From NCBI GenBank assembly GCA_964457085.1, contig CAYWDM010000004.1:87319-150117 (forward strand): DNA of 62,799 nt, given 5' to 3'. Under the pieces are notes generated by a model. That model ran no database searches. It saw only the letters and a list, made by a program, of their open reading frames with translations, and had not been told where the DNA came from. A program made the translations under genes and the position numbers. The DNA comes from an uncultured Pseudomonadales bacterium. GTDB taxonomy: Bacteria; Patescibacteriota; Microgenomatia; UBA1400; PJMF01. Shown one piece after another: positions 61,005-62,799 of the stretch. Positions within the stretch are counted from its first letter, which is position 1, and each line of letters starts with the position of its first letter.

Positions 61005-61286
61005 ATGTCCTTTACACTCCAACTTTCTATAAGCGAGGCCACAAACTCCTCGCAAGCTCCAGCACCTTGGGTACTTATTGTTGAAGATGAAAAAGAATAT
61101 CGAGATGTTTTAGCTGAAAAATTAACGCAAGAAGGCTACGTAGTGCTATAAGCACAAAATGGATTAGCAGCACTCACAGTACTTAAACACAGCGAAGCAG
61201 ATATCGACCTAGTTGATATGCTAATGCCTGAGATGGAGGGGGCCACTTTTCCAAAATTACTTACACTGATCACCGTAAACTGGTGA
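61005..61286 (+). pseudogene. Decayed response-regulator receiver-domain gene (in-frame TAA, truncated)
   Basis: My manual translation is MSFTLQ...PWVLIVEDEKEYRDVLAEKLTQEGYVVL*AQNGLAALTVLKHSEADIDLVDMLMPEMEGATFPKLL... The TAA at 61149-61151 interrupts the VxxAxNG block. The ORF ends inside the 3' end of the convergent gene, and no output domain follows. Confidence 0.65.
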
Positions 61287-62654
61287 GCAACCGAGTTGAT
61301 CACTGGTTCTTTGACCTGCAATTGCCTCGATGTGTGCTCGAAGCGTTTGTTCGAGCTCATACCCCTTTTGTGGATTTTCAGTAATCAAATTCTGTAATTC
61401 ATTTGGATCTTGGGCGATATTAAACAACTCTTTTTCGCCATTCTCCAAAGTCAGAATCAGCTTCCAACCATCTGGTGTCTGCAAGCTGCGTTTGAAAGTA
61501 AATAGTCGATAATCAGTTTCACTAAAGACTGAATGAGCTACATCTTTGCCTGATAATGCAGGTGTTAAATCCGCACCTTTAACTTGGTCTGGAACTGGAT
61601 TTTTAACACCAAGTAGGCTTAATGCAGTTGGCAAAATATCAAATGTGCTAACCAACTGTGTGATCTTTTGACCTTCCTTCTGACCTGGCATGTGAATCGC
61701 AAACAGTACGTTTACCAACTCGCTATATAAAGTATGGCCATGATCAAACCTCTTGTGTTCATAAAACTCGGTGCCGTGATCACTCATTACAATAACTACG
61801 GTATTGTCTAAAAGCTTCATGTCAGCAACCTGATCCATAAAGTCTTTGAACTCTAAGTCAGTTCGATTAATTTTCTCATCATAAATTGCTCGCCAAAAAG
61901 CAGCATCTTCATCCGTTAACTTGATAGAACCATTTGCCAAACCTTCTTCGCGTAGTTTGCCTTGTTCAGCTTTACTTCCAGTAAATGCACCTTTGTAAGA
62001 CTTGTCCACATACCTCTTATCCAATCCTTCTTTTGGCACATGCTGACCGTGGACGTCATATCCATGAAGAAATAAGAAAAATGTCTTATCTTTATTTTCT
62101 TTCAACCAATCTAATGCTCGGGGAACACTGCCATCAAAGCCACCAAATGTTTCGGCATCGTAATAGGTATCAAAACCTTGGTTAAAACCAAACTGTGCTC
62201 CAACACCAGCATCACCAGTAAATCCACCAGTGACATACCCCTCAGACTTGAGGATTTCTGCAAGCATGACTGCCTTAGGCGAGAGTTGTTTCAGGTTAGC
62301 TACTACGCCTTTTTTAGTCTTCATATCATAGTCACTGAATTTATTCACTACTTTATGTTCAGATGGATACATTGAAGTGAAAATAGACATGTGTGTTGGA
62401 ACCGTCCAAGATGATGGGCTGATTGCATTTGTAAACAAACTCGACTGATCTAAAAATGCGTCAAGATTTGGAGTGGTATCTAGTGGATACCCGTATCTGT
62501 TCAGGTGCTTGGCTTGTAAGCCATCAATTGAAATAAGAATCAAATTTGGCTTCTGAACAGTTTTTGGAGTTTCCTGACCAGATAACTTTGAGTAGAGTGA
62601 TGTAACGGCAACAACACTCAGAACAGCAATGATTAAAAATAGTTTATTTTTCAT
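61257..62654 (-). CDS. Alkaline-phosphatase-superfamily phosphodiesterase (NPP-type Thr nucleophile; sulfatase-like fold)
   Basis: N-terminal anchor or signal peptide. LILISIDGLQAKHL, then SWTVPTHMSIFTSMYPSEH (the TxPxH...YPxxH pattern of nucleotide pyrophosphatase/phosphodiesterases), then VVIVMSDHGTEF. Confidence 0.7.
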   Translation of the reverse strand: MKNKLFLIIAVLSVVAVTSLYSKLSGQETPKTVQKPNLILISIDGLQAKHLNRYGYPLDTTPNLDAFLDQSSLFTNAISPSSWTVPTHMSIFTSMYPSEHKVVNKFSDYDMKTKKGVVANLKQLSPKAVMLAEILKSEGYVTGGFTGDAGVGAQFGFNQGFDTYYDAETFGGFDGSVPRALDWLKENKDKTFFLFLHGYDVHGQHVPKEGLDKRYVDKSYKGAFTGSKAEQGKLREEGLANGSIKLTDEDAAFWRAIYDEKINRTDLEFKDFMDQVADMKLLDNTVVIVMSDHGTEFYEHKRFDHGHTLYSELVNVLFAIHMPGQKEGQKITQLVSTFDILPTALSLLGVKNPVPDQVKGADLTPALSGKDVAHSVFSETDYRLFTFKRSLQTPDGWKLILTLENGEKELFNIAQDPNELQNLITENPQKGYELEQTLRAHIEAIAGQRTSDQLGCSPVYGDQCK

Positions 62655-62799
62655 ACTTAAATATGAGTACTACTACAACTAATATATAGTAATTGGCATT
62701 AGAGTAATATCGTCTTTTTAAGAAAAAATTCAATGAATATTGAGGCTCCAGATGGCTTGCAAGGTTTTTCACTGAACACAATCATGACCAAACAAAATA

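Noticed and set aside
61149-61151. Possibility that the in-frame TAA in the response-regulator remnant is read through or recoded
   Set aside because: TAA terminates many well-supported genes in this window. The remnant also has a shortened acceptor region and no output domain, so decay is the simpler explanation.
62737-62799. Plus-strand ATG-initiated ORF running off the window end (MNIEAPDGLQGFSLNTIMTKQN...)
   Set aside because: Only about 21 codons are visible, with no RBS and no recognisable motif. It cannot be supported from this window.
1-62799. CRISPR arrays, tRNA/rRNA genes, IS elements, integrases and prophage modules
   Set aside because: I scanned the intergenic regions longer than ~70 nt by eye (2253-2523, 20390-20647, 21290-21535, 46587-46848, 47185-47357, 60902-61256 and others). 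I found no cloverleaf-compatible sequence, no regularly spaced direct repeats and no transposase- or integrase-like ORFs. A covariance-model scan would be needed to exclude small RNAs formally.

Overview
This is a 62.8-kb, gene-dense chromosomal window from a moderately AT-rich bacterium. I count about 68 credible CDS. Gaps between genes are short or overlapping, the genetic code is standard, starts are ATG/GTG/TTG, and RBSs are GGAGG-type. I recognised no rRNA, tRNA, CRISPR array, transposase or integrase. Housekeeping and repair genes are scattered throughout: typA, rluB-like, upp, kbl-tdh, a coaD-coaE fusion, ogt, a lexA/Y-family polymerase cassette, a MutY-like glycosylase, malic enzyme, mevalonate diphosphate decarboxylase, an EpmA-like ligase, three NUDIX hydrolases and an ABC exporter. 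Many membrane or secreted proteins of unknown function lie between them. The lean metabolism, the many surface proteins and the fused or overlapping genes fit a small-genome, monoderm-like uncultivated lineage such as Patescibacteria/CPR. That placement is inference only and needs a database search. The most unusual region is a roughly 13-kb cell-envelope island at 25167-38405. It holds an 1820-aa LamG-containing surface protein and a divergent 585-aa secreted protein. It also holds a six-gene locus with three secreted beta-rich paralogs that share a conserved C-terminal tail ending in Phe. Two membrane-anchored two-domain proteins and one N-anchored protein complete that locus. The architecture resembles Csc/WxL cell-surface complexes or an usher-less chaperone/subunit fibre system. 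Secondary points of interest are listed here. (1) A radical-SAM/GT2/GT-C/carbamoyltransferase envelope-modification operon that includes an untracked 47-aa ORF. (2) A LexA-box-controlled lexA/81-aa ORF/Y-family polymerase cassette. (3) A radical-SAM plus EpmA-like gene pair. (4) A MutY-like glycosylase without Fe-S cysteines. (5) A decayed response-regulator gene. (6) Two structured non-coding stretches flanking a small Cys-rich ORF.
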